64,000 bases of DNA from assembly GCF_039654945.1 (NCBI RefSeq), contig NW_027361844.1, forward strand, positions 4,960,001-5,024,000, read 5' to 3'. A program made the translations under genes and the position numbers. The stretch comes from Dendrobates tinctorius. Its lineage: Eukaryota. Positions 46,407 to 59,055 of this stretch are shown piece by piece. Under the pieces are notes generated by a model. The model had not been told where the DNA came from, searched no databases, and saw nothing but the letters and a program-made list of their open reading frames with translations. Positions within the stretch are counted from its first letter, which is position 1. The number at the start of each line of letters is the position of its first letter.

Positions 46407-46927
46407 TAAGGATTGGTGCAGGCGACAGTATTTTCGGTCCGAGTGCGATACGACAAAACATTGGATCACACTTGGACCTATGTTAGGCTATGGAGTGCTG
46501 CATATGTCTGATTTTTTTCTTCGGACTCTGTTCAAGGAAAAAAAAATCACTGCATGCCCGAGTTTGATCAAATATTCATATTGCACTCAGTCATTCAGAT
46601 CAGAGAGCACGGGAAACGGAAAACAACAGACTGCGCTCGGATGACATCTAATTTCCGCAGCCTCACAGAATGGAGGCATTTGTTCCCTCCATCTTCTCAT
46701 CTGAGAGAATTGGTTTACACTCTGGTAAGAGTGAGATTAGCATAATTGATCTGATTTTCTTTCATGACAAAAGACACACTCCTTTGCACCTGCCCTTAGA
46801 ATAGGCAACACATATTAGATCAGTGGGGGTCTCATTCACAGCACCTCTGCCAAATTGAAGTTTGTGAGTACAGTGTCCTTTTCATTGTTTACCCTGGTCA
46901 GCACTGCACAATTATGTACACATGTCA

Positions 46928-46967
46928 TCCCCTGAGGAAGAAGTGTAAACTTCGAAATGCATTGGGA
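46928..46967 (+). ncRNA. Minimal Penelope-type hammerhead ribozyme at the start of a pseudo-LTR remnant (to ~47208)
   Basis: TCCC-CTGAGGA-a-GAAGT-gtaa-ACTTC-GAAATGCATT-GGGA followed by AATAAA; palindromic stem III ATGCAT; downstream GTGAGT donor and cctttcag acceptor. Confidence 0.72.
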
Positions 46968-47302
46968 AATAAAAGTACAATTAACATAATCTGGAAGGAG
47001 TGATCTGTCGAGCAGCGCACGTTTAATCCATAAACTTTCTCCTTTACAATCTGATGATTCGTGGTCACGGAGTGGCCCTTTGGATGTGCAGCAGCCTGAC
47101 CTTCCGTTCCTATATGTCTGAAACTCTCCTACATAAGGTGAGTATAATGATTTGACTTTATATCAATCTTTACTCGGGTAAGACCCTATTGCGCTTTTTT
47201 CCTTTCAGCTGTCTGACTACTCAAGAAGATAACATAGAAGCAAAGTGATTCTTCTTCCCTGTAAGCCACCAACAAAAAGTGGGAAGCGTTATTTTTTACC
47301 TA

Positions 47303-47427
47303 CAGTGGCTTGCAAAAGTACAGTGTGTCCGTAAAGTCATGGTGCACTTTTGACCAGTCACAGGAAAGCAACAAAAAGCGATAGAAATGTGAAATCTGCA
47401 CCAAATAAAAGGAAAATCCTTCCAGTT
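47303..47427 (+). mobile_element. Two nested Tc1/mariner terminal fragments
   Basis: TA|CAGTGGCTTGCAAAAGTA is interrupted at its TA by CAGTGTGTCCGTAAAGTCATGGTGCAC..., which is in turn cut off by the L2. Confidence 0.6.
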
Positions 47428-47933
47428 ACCTACTAACACCCTCGCACCTCTCCAGTCTGTCCTTAACTCTGCTGCCCGACTAATCCATCTCTCCCGTCAC
47501 TGTTCCTCTGCTTCTCCCCTCTGCAGATCCCTTCTTTGGCTCCAAATTCCCTAACGTGTCTAGTTCATATTATTAACATTGACCTACAAAGCCGCCATAA
47601 TCGTTCTTCTCCATGTATCTCCGAACTAATCTCCCAATATCTTCCAACATGTAATCTCCAGTCCTCTCCAGACCTCCTTCTCGCTTCCACACTTGTACGT
47701 TCCTCATCCAATCGCGTCCAAGACTTCTCTCAAGTGTCCCCCATCCTCTGGAATTCTGTGTCCCAACACTTGCGATTAGCCACCACATTCGGAACTTTTA
47801 GATGGAACTTGAAAACCAATCTCTTCAAGAAATCTTACAGCCTGCAATGACCCTGCTCCTTCCTTCCTTCCTACAGGATGGTCTCCTTCCTTCCTTCCTA
47901 CAGGATGGTCTCCTTCCCCCACCATCCTGTAGA
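47428..47933 (+). mobile_element. L2 LINE, ORF2 C-terminus and start of 3'UTR (left half)
   Basis: Translates as LAPLQSVLNSAARLIHL...LTYKA...PILWNSV...FRWNLKTNLFKKSY*. Confidence 0.85.
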
Positions 47934-49722
47934 GTGATAGCAGCCCCCCCCCCACACATATCAATAAAATAAAGGGGGGGAGGTCAAATGGCTGCACAGG
48001 CCGCAATAATTTATTCTTTATTATTCACTCAAGGTATTTTTTCCTGTCACAAAAAGGTCAAATTAAGGTCCGCAGTTTCTTCTCTGGTCTTTCAAAAGTG
48101 GTCAGAACCAGTTTTAACCATCCCTTTTGGCACTGTTTTTGGCGTCTGATTGGTGGTTATTTTTAGCAGTTCATTTAACAGTATCTAAGGCTGTGCAGCT
48201 TGCTTATTTACCTCAGTAAGGCTTCCTGTCAGGAAAGAAGATTCCGGTGTCATCATGGAAAACCTACTTCAGCAGCTGATAGCAACAGCCGGTGAAGAGG
48301 GCGGTGTGGATTGGTTGAAGAGCTGCCTTTCTATAAAACCTGCCCAGGCAGCTTCTGAAGCCATTCCTCCCCCCTTGGATCCACCTACCCAGCTCCAGCC
48401 TCCGGTGGAAGTATCGTCGCTGCCGTCGGCCTCGGTTGGTGGTGCCAGAAGAGGAAGACCGTCGACGTCTTATTCCCCATCTCCAGCACCACGGGATTCC
48501 TCTCAACACGAGCGGGCACAGAGCAGGAAGTCCAGACCTTGGCCTCCCAGGAAATCTCACAGTCCCCCGCGAGATCCTCAGCAGCGCCTCCTTCCCAGGC
48601 CATCGACGCCATCTGCTACCGCCGGCAAGGAGAATGAGCACCGCAGCCGTAAAAGCGCTGCAGCGGCTCTAACGCTGAGCTCTCAGGCACCTTCAACCAC
48701 TGCAGCTCCCAGAACAATGGCGGCGGCGCTTCCATCTTCATTAGACCAGCAGTCAGATGACGAAGAAGACGGCTCCCAGGATGACGTCATGCAGCTGTGC
48801 TCGAGCTCATGCTGCTCTGCGGATCAAGCTCCTCATGACAGAACAGCTGGAAGGGGTGAGAACTTTGCTGTTCCCTTGTCTGTCTCTCACACAGATCTCA
48901 GACACATAGTCAAAGATGTATTGGCAGAAGCTCTAGGCGATGTTTTTAATTCAACCCCTCAGCCGTCTTTGAGCTCTGGACATGACCAATCTAATTTAAA
49001 CATCTCTGCCCCTAAAAATATTTTAAGGAAGCTCTCACATGTGAGCTGTCACCTCTTGGATTCCGTCTGAGCGCTGCTACTAAGGAGCTCATATGGAATA
49101 ATGAATATGTTGATGTTTTTTCCCTCCTCCCTCTCAGGTATCAGCACAATAGAGGGGATAAGAGAGATGACAAGCCTGATTTGGAAGATAATAAACGCGG
49201 TCCTGTAAAATCATTTAATAATTGGCTACAGGCTTTATCTATTGTGCTGTTCTCGGTGAGAGGTATCCGAACCTATGCAGCAAGCTGTTTCAGCATATTG
49301 ACATAATTTTGGAGGCATATAAGAACTTCGGAGACCTCGCCTGACTTAATTATGATGAGGCATTTAGGCAAAAGCTAGCAGTTCACCCAGATGTTATTTG
49401 GGGCATTAAAGATGTAGGTATTTGGATCAATTTAATGCTCCCCAACGTAATACCGTAACTAAGCAACAGTCTGCTCCTCTTAAAAGGGCAGTCTGTTTCG
49501 CTTTTAACGAATCCTTCTGCAAATGGAACAATAGCTGCAGGTTTCAGCACGAATGCTCATTCTGTGGCAACACACACCCAATGTCTTAAGTGTTTTAGGA
49601 AGCAATCAGCCTAGCAGTCAACTAGTAAAGACACTATCACAAAGAGCACGGACTCTAGTGAGTCTGGAAAGAATGCTTTTTTGGCTAAACAAATATCCAA
49701 ACAAGGAGAGCAGTAATTAAAT

Positions 49723-52700
49723 TTTCTTTATCGCCTTTATTGGGGGACACAGATTACCATGGGTGTATGCTGCTGCTGCTAAGAGGCTGACACTATGCAA
49801 AACAAGAAAATTAGCTCCTCCCTGGCAGTATACACCCACCGACAGGCACCAAGTATCTCAGTTTGTGCTTAGTGTCTGTAGGAGGCGGACCGGGATCTCC
49901 CCAGATCCGCATCTAACCTTTTTCTTTTAGGTTTTGTGTGTGTGTGTGTATTAATCTTTTCCCATTTATTTTCCAGATTCTACACCGGGAAACGGGGTAA
50001 ATGTTCACCTTGCTTTCCCATATCATGCGGCTGAGAGAGCAATGTGGTGTTACCCACATCGCAACTCTCAGGACCGCAGGCAGGACCCTTTCCCTATCAC
50101 CCTCGGGTGCTACGGGCTGACTTCAGGTGGCGGGTCCTAGCCAGTTCCCCTCCTCACCCCTCTCCTGGGACAGGGCTGAGAGGAAGACGGCGGTCACCGG
50201 CAGTGACTATCCCTTGCGGGCAGAAAAGATTGGCGCCGTCTTCTGCACTATTCAGACATAGTGCGGGGCAGAGGACATTCATTCCCAGCGGCCATCCCTC
50301 AGCGCGGGCCCCTGTGGTCATCCTCTTCAGGAAACATGTGGACGTCAGGTAAGCAGCCTAAAGGGCTACCATCAGTCCCATGCTCGCTCCTTACAAGCCT
50401 GGTAGCAGAGTCTCCTTTGAATTTCCCGCCCATTCTTCTGCAGCCGCGTTCCTCTCTGCAGCCGCGCGCCTTTCAGCTCCCACGCCGGGTCCCCTTCTCT
50501 GAAGGCAGTGGTGCCTCTCTCCCTTACCTCCCTCTCCACTGCGGCGTCACGGGCTCATCGCGCCAGGGTCAGGGCTCCGGGGGCAGAAACCGGCGCCGGT
50601 TTTTACTTTCACTTTCCAATCTGCTCCGGTGCACGCCCACTGCAGAGCACGCGCTTTGTTGGCGCCAGTCATCAGCCCATCACAGGGCTACTTTCGGTTC
50701 ATGGATCCTCTTCCTCCTTGTGACCTGCCCCCCCCCCTCCCCACACACACACACACACACACACAGGCCACAGCCAATCGCACAGCGCTGCAGCCCAGCT
50801 CCGCTCATCTCTAAGGTCCTGCGCCTCTCTGATTCCTCGTGTGGGACACGCCAGGGATCTCAGCTTCGGGGACACTTCTGCTGTTCTGCTGCACATCAGA
50901 TAACGGTGCTGGTGACGGTAGGCTCTTATTTTTTTCTGAGCCCCTAATTTTAGCTCCCGCGGCAGTATTCCCTGTTCAGATACTGGCCGCAGTAATTATG
51001 CAGTCCTTGCATATGTGCAACCCTGCAGGGGCTTCTTACCCTAGACCCACCGCTACCCTCTACGCCTGCGCGCACTGCAAAAAGAAGTGGGCGTCAGGTC
51101 AGTCGTCTCCCTTCTGCCCGTCCTGCAGTCTTTCCGTGATGTCTGCCCCACCGGAGCACCCCGAGTCCCGGGATGAGCGCACCCCCTCCTCCAGAGTGGG
51201 CTGTTGCTATGTCTCAGTCAGTTTCTGACCTGACTAAAGTCTCTCAGTCCCTTTTCCAGGTCTTAGAATGACTTCCGCAACTATCTTCAGCCACCTGTGC
51301 TCCGGACCGCCTCTCACGGTGAGTCGTCTGCACCTGACCGCGACCTCCACAGGGACAGGCCGGGTAGGATTTCTAGGAAGCGCGTTCTTTCTAGCTCGTC
51401 TTCCAGCTCGCAAGGTCCGTCGGCTCCACCCAGGCTGCTTTCCTCGTCTCCCTCGTCAGAAGACGACCTTAGGTCAGACAATGCTCTCAATCGGGATCTG
51501 ACTCAGACGCAGATAACATGTCCAAGACTCAGGACATGGTCGATAGTCTCATATCGGCTATTTTCAAAACGCTCGAAATAAAGGAAGATAAAGCTCCTCT
51601 TCAGGACGGCTCCGTCCCCTTTAAACGAACGAAACCTCCCTCCCGAACCTTTCCTAATCACAAAGAGTTCGAGACCACTTTATCCAAACACTGGGAGCAC
51701 CCTGAAAACCGCTTCTCAGGCCGCAGGTACTTAGACGTCCTGTATCCATTCGATGCGGATCTTCTTACAAAATGGACGAAAGCTCCCGAAGTGGACCCAC
51801 CAGTTTCTCGTTTATCCTCTAAGACAGTTCTATCCCTTCCGGACGGGGCATCCCTTAAAGATCCAACAGACATGGCCAAATCAATTTTTTTGAAGCATCA
51901 GGCGCCTCTTTCTGTCCTATTTTTGCTTCTGCCTGGGTGGCAAAAGTCATTTCAGCTTGGGCAAAAATTCTTCGCAGGGGCATTCTGTCGTCTGCCCCTC
52001 AGGACGAGTTGGCAGATCTGGCAGACCAAATTAATCATTCGGGTAAATACTTTTTGGCCGCCTTCTTAGATGCGGCCGGGTGTGTAGCAAGAGCTAACAG
52101 CAACATAGTAGCTATACGCCGTATCCTTTGGTTGAAGTCTTGGAGTGCGGATACCACCTCCAAGAAGTCGCTCACTAGCCTGGCATTTCACGGCTCTAGA
52201 CTCTTTGGCGCCAAGCTGGATCTGATAATCTCCGATGCACAGGTGGTAAAAGTACCTCTCTTCCCCAGTCTCGGCCTAGACGTTTTTTCAACACAAAGGC
52301 TCCTCGGCCGTTTAGGTCCTTTCGTCTCTTCCCTTCAGCAGAAGGATCATCCAGCAGGACCGGCCCTCTGTCTCCAGAGATCGCAGAAAACCATCGTATA
52401 AACCCACTCCCACTGGAGATCAAGAGCCCAACCCTCCAGGTCCTCAGGCTCACGCTCCGGTAGATTTTCCTCAATGTGACGGGTCACCCCCACCTGGAAA
52501 CTCTTCCAGGGTGGGAGGCAGACTTTCCTCTTTCATGGACGCATGGTTGTCTGTTGTCGACGACGCTTGGGTCAGGGAAATCATCATGTCTGGATACAAA
52601 ATCGAATTTTCTCCCCCCCCCCACAAGCAGGCGCTTCTTCCTGTTGCGATCACCAAGACAGCGGTCCCAAATTCCAGAGTTCCTTCAAGCCGTTTCCTCC

Positions 52701-55700
52701 CTTCTTTCCGCCTGAGTTATCGTCCCCGTTCCTTCAAGCAAACGGTTTTCAGGTTTCTACTCGAATCTTTTCATAGTTCCCAAAAAAGACGGCTCCCTTC
52801 ATCCAATCTTGGACCTCAAGTTGCTCAACCGCCACGTAAGGATCCTCCACTTCAAGATGGAGTCCTTGTGCACGGTGATAGCCTCAATGGAACTCGGGGA
52901 GTTTCTCTGTTCTGTGGACATACAGGATGCATATCTTCACATCCCTGTGTGTTTGCAACATCAGAGATATCTCCGCTTTGTGATTCAGGAGAACCACTAT
53001 CAGTTCACGGCCCTCCCCTTCGGCCTAGCTTCCGCTCCCCGGGTATTTACGAAGGTGATGGCAACAGTCATGGCTATTCTTCGCTCCAGGGGGATTCTCG
53101 TCATCCCTTATCTGGACAACCTCTTGATCAAGGGCTCGTCCCGCCAAGACTGTCTTCAGAGTCTTCAGATAACCCTGAATACTCTCGGCCGCCTCGGATG
53201 GATAGTCAACAAAGAGAAGTCTATCCTGCACCCTACTCAGCGTCTGACCTTTCTGGGCATGGAATTCGACACAAATCGAGCCCGGGTGTTTTTTCCGAAG
53301 GACAAATTTTCAGCTCTTTGCAAGGGAATCCGATCCATAAAACGCTCAGAGCCCATTCCCCTTCGGTCCTGCATGAGGGTCCTGGGGAAGATGATAGCTT
53401 CCATGGAAGCAGTGCCTTTCGCACAATTGCACACTCTCCCTCTCCAGCTGTCCCTCCTTTCAGTCTGGCACAAGACCTCACTTTCTCTGGACCGTCCCAT
53501 TCTCCTTCCACTCAGAGTAAGGCAATCGCAGACTTGGTGGACATTGCCGGCGTCAGTTTTCCAGGGAAGATCCTTTCTTCCGCCTCAGTGACAAGTCATC
53601 ACCACCGATGCCAGTCTCCTAGGATGGGGGGCAGTTTTCCATCGGAAAACGGCCCAAGGGCACTGGAACGCACAGGAGACTCTTCTTCCCATCAACCTTC
53701 TGGAAGTCAGAGCAATTTTTCTTGCTCTCCTCCGTTGGCAGCCCCTCCTCGTAGGCAAACCAGTCCGCATTCAATCAGACAACGCCACGGCCGTGACGTA
53801 CATTGACCACCAGGACGGTACTCACAACAGGCAGGTAATGTCAGAAGTGGCAAAGATACTGCGTTGGGCAGAGCGTCACGTTCCGGCGATCTCCGCCGTT
53901 CACAGGCTAATGACCCCTTCACCCCACAGTCTTCAATCAGATATGCCAGCGTTGGGGCATCCCGGACGTCAACCTCATGGCATCTCGGATGAACAACAAA
54001 GTTCCTCTCTTCGTAGCCAGGTCAAAGGATTCTCTAGCCGTCAGTTGCGACGCCCTGGTAATTCCGTGGTCCCAGTTCCGACTGCCTTACCTGTTTCCTC
54101 CCCTTGCCCTGATCCCAAGGGTGGTCAAGAGCATAAAGTCAGAAAGCATCCCAGTAATTCTGGTGGCTCCAGACTGGCCAAGATGACCTTGGTACGTGGA
54201 GTTGGTGAATATGCTCGCGGACGTCCCCTGGAGGCTTCCAGATCTTCTCTCTCAAGGCCCCCTTTACCACCAGAATTCTCAGTCTCTGAGTTTAACGGCA
54301 TGGCCGTTGAGGCCGTGATTCTGAGAGAATCAGGTTTTTCCAGCCGGGTCATTCAAACCATGATCAGAGCTAGGAACCCAGCCTCCTCACACATTTACCA
54401 TAGGTACTGGAAGGCTTTTTTCCGATGGTGCGACGATAACGATGTCTTTCCATTATCATTCTCCATTCCATCCATACTTGGTTTTCTCCAGTTCGCTTTT
54501 GATGCGGGCCTGTCCCTCATTACCCTCAAAGGCCAGGTATCTGCTCTGGCGATTCTCTTCCAGAAGGATCTGGCCTCCTTACCGCAGGGGAAGACCTTTC
54601 TCCAAAGAGTTGTCCATGTGGCTCCTCTTCATCATTCTCCGATAGATCCGTGGGATCTCAATCTAGTTCTTGGCGCTCTCCTAAAGGTGCCGTTCGAACC
54701 TATCCAGGACATTCCTCTGTCCCTTCTTTCATGGAAGGTGGCTTTCCTAATCGCCATTACATCCATCAGGAGAGTTTCTGAGCTGGCGGCTTTATCCTGT
54801 CGTTCCCTAATCCTCCACCAGGATAAGGTCGTCCTCAGGCCGGTTCCTTCCTTCCAAAAGTGGTATCCCCGTTTCACATTAACGAGGATATCGTCCTTCC
54901 CTCATTTTTGTCCTGCGCCTGTTCATCCCCTGGAAAAGTCGCTCCACAAACTGGATCTAGTGAGAGTCTTGCGTGTCTACCTTGCCAGGACCGCTTCTTT
55001 TCGCCAATCCGATTCCCTACTTGTCATCTCTGAAGGTCACCAGAAAGGGCTTCCGGCATCCAAACCCACAATCGCTCGCTGGACTCGTTCTACCATTCTG
55101 GAAGCCTACCGACTTCAGGAAAAACGGCCCCCTCCGGGAGTGAGAGCCCACTCCACCCGTGCTGTAGGGGCTTCTTGGGCTGTGCGACACCAGGCTTCGG
55201 CCTTACAACTTTGCAGAGCCGTGACCTGGTCGTGTTTGCACACCTTTGCGAGGTTCTACAGGGTTCATACCCAGGCCTCGTCTGATGCAGCTCTTGGTAG
55301 GAAGGTTCTGTAGGCGGTGGTTGCACATCGGCTGACCTAAGCCCTTCCTTCTTTCGTTTCTTTATGGCTGTTCCCACCCTCGGGACTGCTTTGGACCGTC
55401 CCATGGTAATCTGTGTCCCCCAATAAAGGCGATAAATAAAGAGGGATTTTTTGCGTTCTTACCGTAAAATCTTTCTTGGAGCCTTCATTGGGGGACACAG
55501 CACCCTCCCTGTTTAAGTTGTACCGTGTTGGGTCTTCGAGTCCCTTGTTGGGTTGGTACATATGTTGATAGTTTTTGGTTGCTTCTCCTACTGCTTTCTC
55601 ACCAACTGAGGTACTTGGTGTCTGTCGGTGGGTGTATACTGCCGGGGAGGAGCTAATTTTCTTGTTTTGCATAGTGTCAGCCTCCTAGCAGCAGCAACAT

Positions 55701-55777
55701 ACACCCATGGTAATCTGTGTCCCCCAATGAAGGCTCCAAGAAAGAGATTTTACGGTAAGAACCCAAAATCCCTCTTT
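49723..55777 (+). mobile_element. Full-length but decayed DIRS1-type retrotransposon
   Basis: ITRs 49723-49863 and 55604-55777, ICR 55401-55500; fragmented gag (51000-52479), RT/RH/MT (52511-54300; LPFGLASAP, YLDN, TDAS, YLFPP) and YR (to 55313; SIRRVSEL, HSTR, FARFY). Confidence 0.94.
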
Positions 55778-56674
55778 TTTAAGGTTTTCTATGCGTTTTT
55801 TTCATTCCCTCATTTTCAGGCACTGGTTGTAAAGTGGTTAAGAATTTGCCTTCTTTATATGCGCACATTGCCGTTGCTGAAGAAAAGATTTGTAGCGAAT
55901 TAACTGCAGGCAGGATAGCAGGCCCGTTCTCGTCCCCTCCTTTTAAAGATTTTAAAGTTTCCCCTTTGGGCATTGTCCCTAAGAAAGAATCTGGATCTTT
56001 CCGTTTAATTCACCATTTATCTTATCCTTATGGTGCATCATTAAATGACGAAGTTGACGCGTCACTATGCTCTGTCAGCTACGCCTTTTTTGACACAGCT
56101 GTGGATATGCTTAGGAAATTTGGCCACAATGCATTGATGGCTAAATCAGATATCAAATCCGCATTTCATCTTCTCCCAGTCTATCCATCAGGTTTCAATT
56201 CCCTAGGTTTTTTCTTCAACAATGAATTCTTTTTTGACAAATGTTTGCCAATGGGTTTTTCTTTATCATGTTTTTACTTTGAAACCTTTTTGTCTTTTTT
56301 GCACTGGGTTTTAGAATCTAACTGCCCTGGAGTTTCTATTCTCCATTACTTGGATGACTTTCTTTTTGTTGGCCCTCCTGATTCCTCCCTTTGTTTACAA
56401 ACCCTTTCTAGATTTTTGCAGATGTGTTCTTATTTTGGTGTCCCCTCCCACCCTCCCCTGCTTTATGTACTTGTCGTGAGGTTTATTTGTGGGATAATCG
56501 CTCATTATCTGGGTGGATTGGTTTTGGGATGATTACAGTGGTTATTATACGTTTATTTATTGAGGTTTGGATGTTAATTTAAAATTATTTAACTCTAAAT
56601 AAAACTCATGGCCGTTTTTCCTCCATTGATAAATGTGTTATGTCTTTATTTACTACATGCGTCGGTCTTGTGTG

Positions 56675-57729
56675 TGTCAGGACTCTAAGGCTGTGTGCAC
56701 ACGCTGCGGATTAGGTGCGGATTCATCCTCGCGGATTTAGTAAAATTCGCAGGTGAAACCGCAGGTCAAAATACCTGCGGTTTTACCTGCGGATTGCTCT
56801 GCGGTTTTGCCCTGCAGTTTTTCATCTCCTCAATGGAGGAGATGGCAAACCGCAGCAGAATCCGCAGAAAGAATTGACATGGCAATTCTATCTGTGGATT
56901 GAAAACCGCAGATAATCCGCGCGGAAAATTCCGCACCGTCTGCATTGCGGTTTTTGATTCCCATAGGGAATCATGGTACTGTACACCGCAGCAAAAACTG
57001 CTGCGGGTCCGCAGCGGCCAAAACCGCTGCGGAACCGCAGCAAAATCCGCAGTGTGTGCACAGCCTAATGTCAGGACCCTGTCAGCGTCGGCAAACTGCC
57101 ATGCAGAGCAGGGTGACTTACCCACACTATGGGAGGGCGCGGATCCAATACTTTAGTGAAAGTTCTGAGCACGGGACCTGCAACACTAAAGGTAGTATAG
57201 AGTACCAGGACCTACGATCATGTGACCACAGGGGGCGTGGCTTAGCGTCCTGCTACAGTAGATAACTGTAGGATTCTATTACAGGAATCCTGGAGTGAAG
57301 ATTAGGGGAACTCAGGTCAGACAAACGGGGGGGTCATACACAGAGAGGGCGGCATGGTACCAGAGGAGCAAGCGGAGAATAGTCAGAATGTAAGCAATGA
57401 GTCATACACCGAGATAGCAACGTGGTACAAGGGGGGCAGTCAGAGAGTAGTCAGGTCCAAGGCAAAAGAGTCATACACGGGAATAGCAGAGCAGTACCAA
57501 AGGAACAGGCAGAACTCGTAACATGGACAGAACCGGGTCAAAACCAAACAAGCATAAAGTATCACAGTCACAAGGCACAACTAACTCAGCCGAGGGCAGG
57601 AGTATAACTGACACCGGGCCTAGGTCGAGTGAGCATTAAATAGCCGCCCTCTGCCAGAGAGAGGCAGAAACAATTAACCCCTGTCTGACCAGGATGGGCC
57701 AAAGACAAACCCTATCCTGGATCATGACA
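56675..57729 (-). mobile_element. Solo LTR (probably Gypsy-type; orientation tentative) with an internal MITE
   Basis: TGTCA...TGACA termini flanked by the 5-bp duplication GTGTG (56670-56674, 57730-57734). Confidence 0.75.
56689..57065. mobile_element. PIF/Harbinger-type MITE inside the solo LTR
   Basis: TAA|GGCTGTGTGCACAC...GTGTGTGCACAGCC|TAA. Confidence 0.82.
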
Positions 57730-57737
57730 GTGTGGCC

Positions 57738-57887
57738 ATGTAAGCTCACAAGAGCAAGGTCCTCTCTGCACGAGTCTGTCATTGTTAGTTTGTCTACTGT
57801 AATTTCTATCTGTATTTTGTGTCTAACCCTTTTCTCATGTACAGCACCAAGGAATCAATGATGCTCTAAAAATAAATAATAATAATA
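57738..57887 (+). mobile_element. L2 3' tail (right half of the split element)
   Basis: tgtaagctc...gcaaggtcc...tgtacagcacc...ctctaaaaataaataataataat; joins to ...cctgtaga at 47933. Confidence 0.75.
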
Positions 57888-59055
57888 TTATGTTTCATTG
57901 GATCAAATGAAGATCATGATCCCCAAGGACATAAACTTGGCTTGACACAAATGTTATTAATACAGACCAATCAATCACGGGGACATGATCTTCACCTTGT
58001 CCATTATTAACTGCATTGTAGCAGAATGGCTCCTTTACCATTTTAACCCCACAGGGGGCAGCACCTATTATTTCAGCCCCTGCTCCAATATTAGGATAAC
58101 ATAGATATCACTAGCAGCACATAAGCAGCAAACACCTGCAGACTTCAATGTAACTACATACTTTTTGAAAGCTTGAGGCCATATTTTTCGCAATAAACCA
58201 TCTGCTTTTCTGGAAGGCAATGTATGTCTAGCTGTTTTATGCCTTGTTAAAGCTTATTTTGAACATTTACAGTTTAAATGTGACTAAACAGATGTATATT
58301 CTTGTCTCCTCTGGTAATTGTGGCATATGTACCTTATTAGGGGTGTTAGCCCAAGCTGACAGTTTAAACTAAGCATATTGCCCTGTAAGGAATATGACCC
58401 ATATAAAAATTGTACCTTTAGGGGTCTAATTGCTGTCTCTGTTTCACAGAAACTGAAGTACAATCATATATGCTAATCACGGAGTTCGTTGCACCCTTCC
58501 TGTGGCCATGATGCTCAGTGCCCCGTTCCGTCCACTGATTTTGTATGCATGCCTGTGCATAGCTCACCGGTGATTGACAGCTATGGCTTGGCTGGAGAAA
58601 ACATTACCTGCTGAGAACGTTCCCCAAAACAAAACCCAAAATATATACTCGCCTACCGGCTCTCCACTGTTCCTCTACAGCGCTAATCGCTGGGAATGTC
58701 CTCCACTAATTCCCCAAGGGCAAAACTCATATATGACCTCTGCGGCAATGACATTCCATATTACCCTGAAGAAACAATGTCCTATGTCTTTTCATGCTTG
58801 TAAGGGACCATAAACTTGCTGCCAATCAGCAACTGATTGACTACAGTGGTCACATGACATCTCTCACTGGAAGAGGAAGTGAAGAGACTGTTGTAGGACA
58901 TAGCCAGTAGTGTGGAAGAATGGATCCAGTAGATGAGTGTATATATTTTGTTTATTTTCCTTTTAAGGCAACTATTGCTAACATTAGCTTTTTTTTTTTC
59001 TTACTGTTCATTTATTGTATGTTCATCCTTTTGCATGTGGGTCATTTTAGACATA

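Larger units (their letters stand above)
47934..57737 (+). mobile_element. Ngaro-like tyrosine-recombinase retrotransposon, internally deleted and interrupted by later insertions
   Basis: Decayed ORF1 48255-49590 (IWNNEYVD, YDEAFRQK, and the finger CFAFN..C..C..H.C..C...H). RT is split by the DIRS: WLNKYPNK at 49682, then GRIAGPF, SPLGIVPKK, RLIHHLSYP, DIKSAF, LPMG and YLDD at 55834-56440. RNase H and YR are missing. Boundaries are approximate. Confidence 0.75.
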
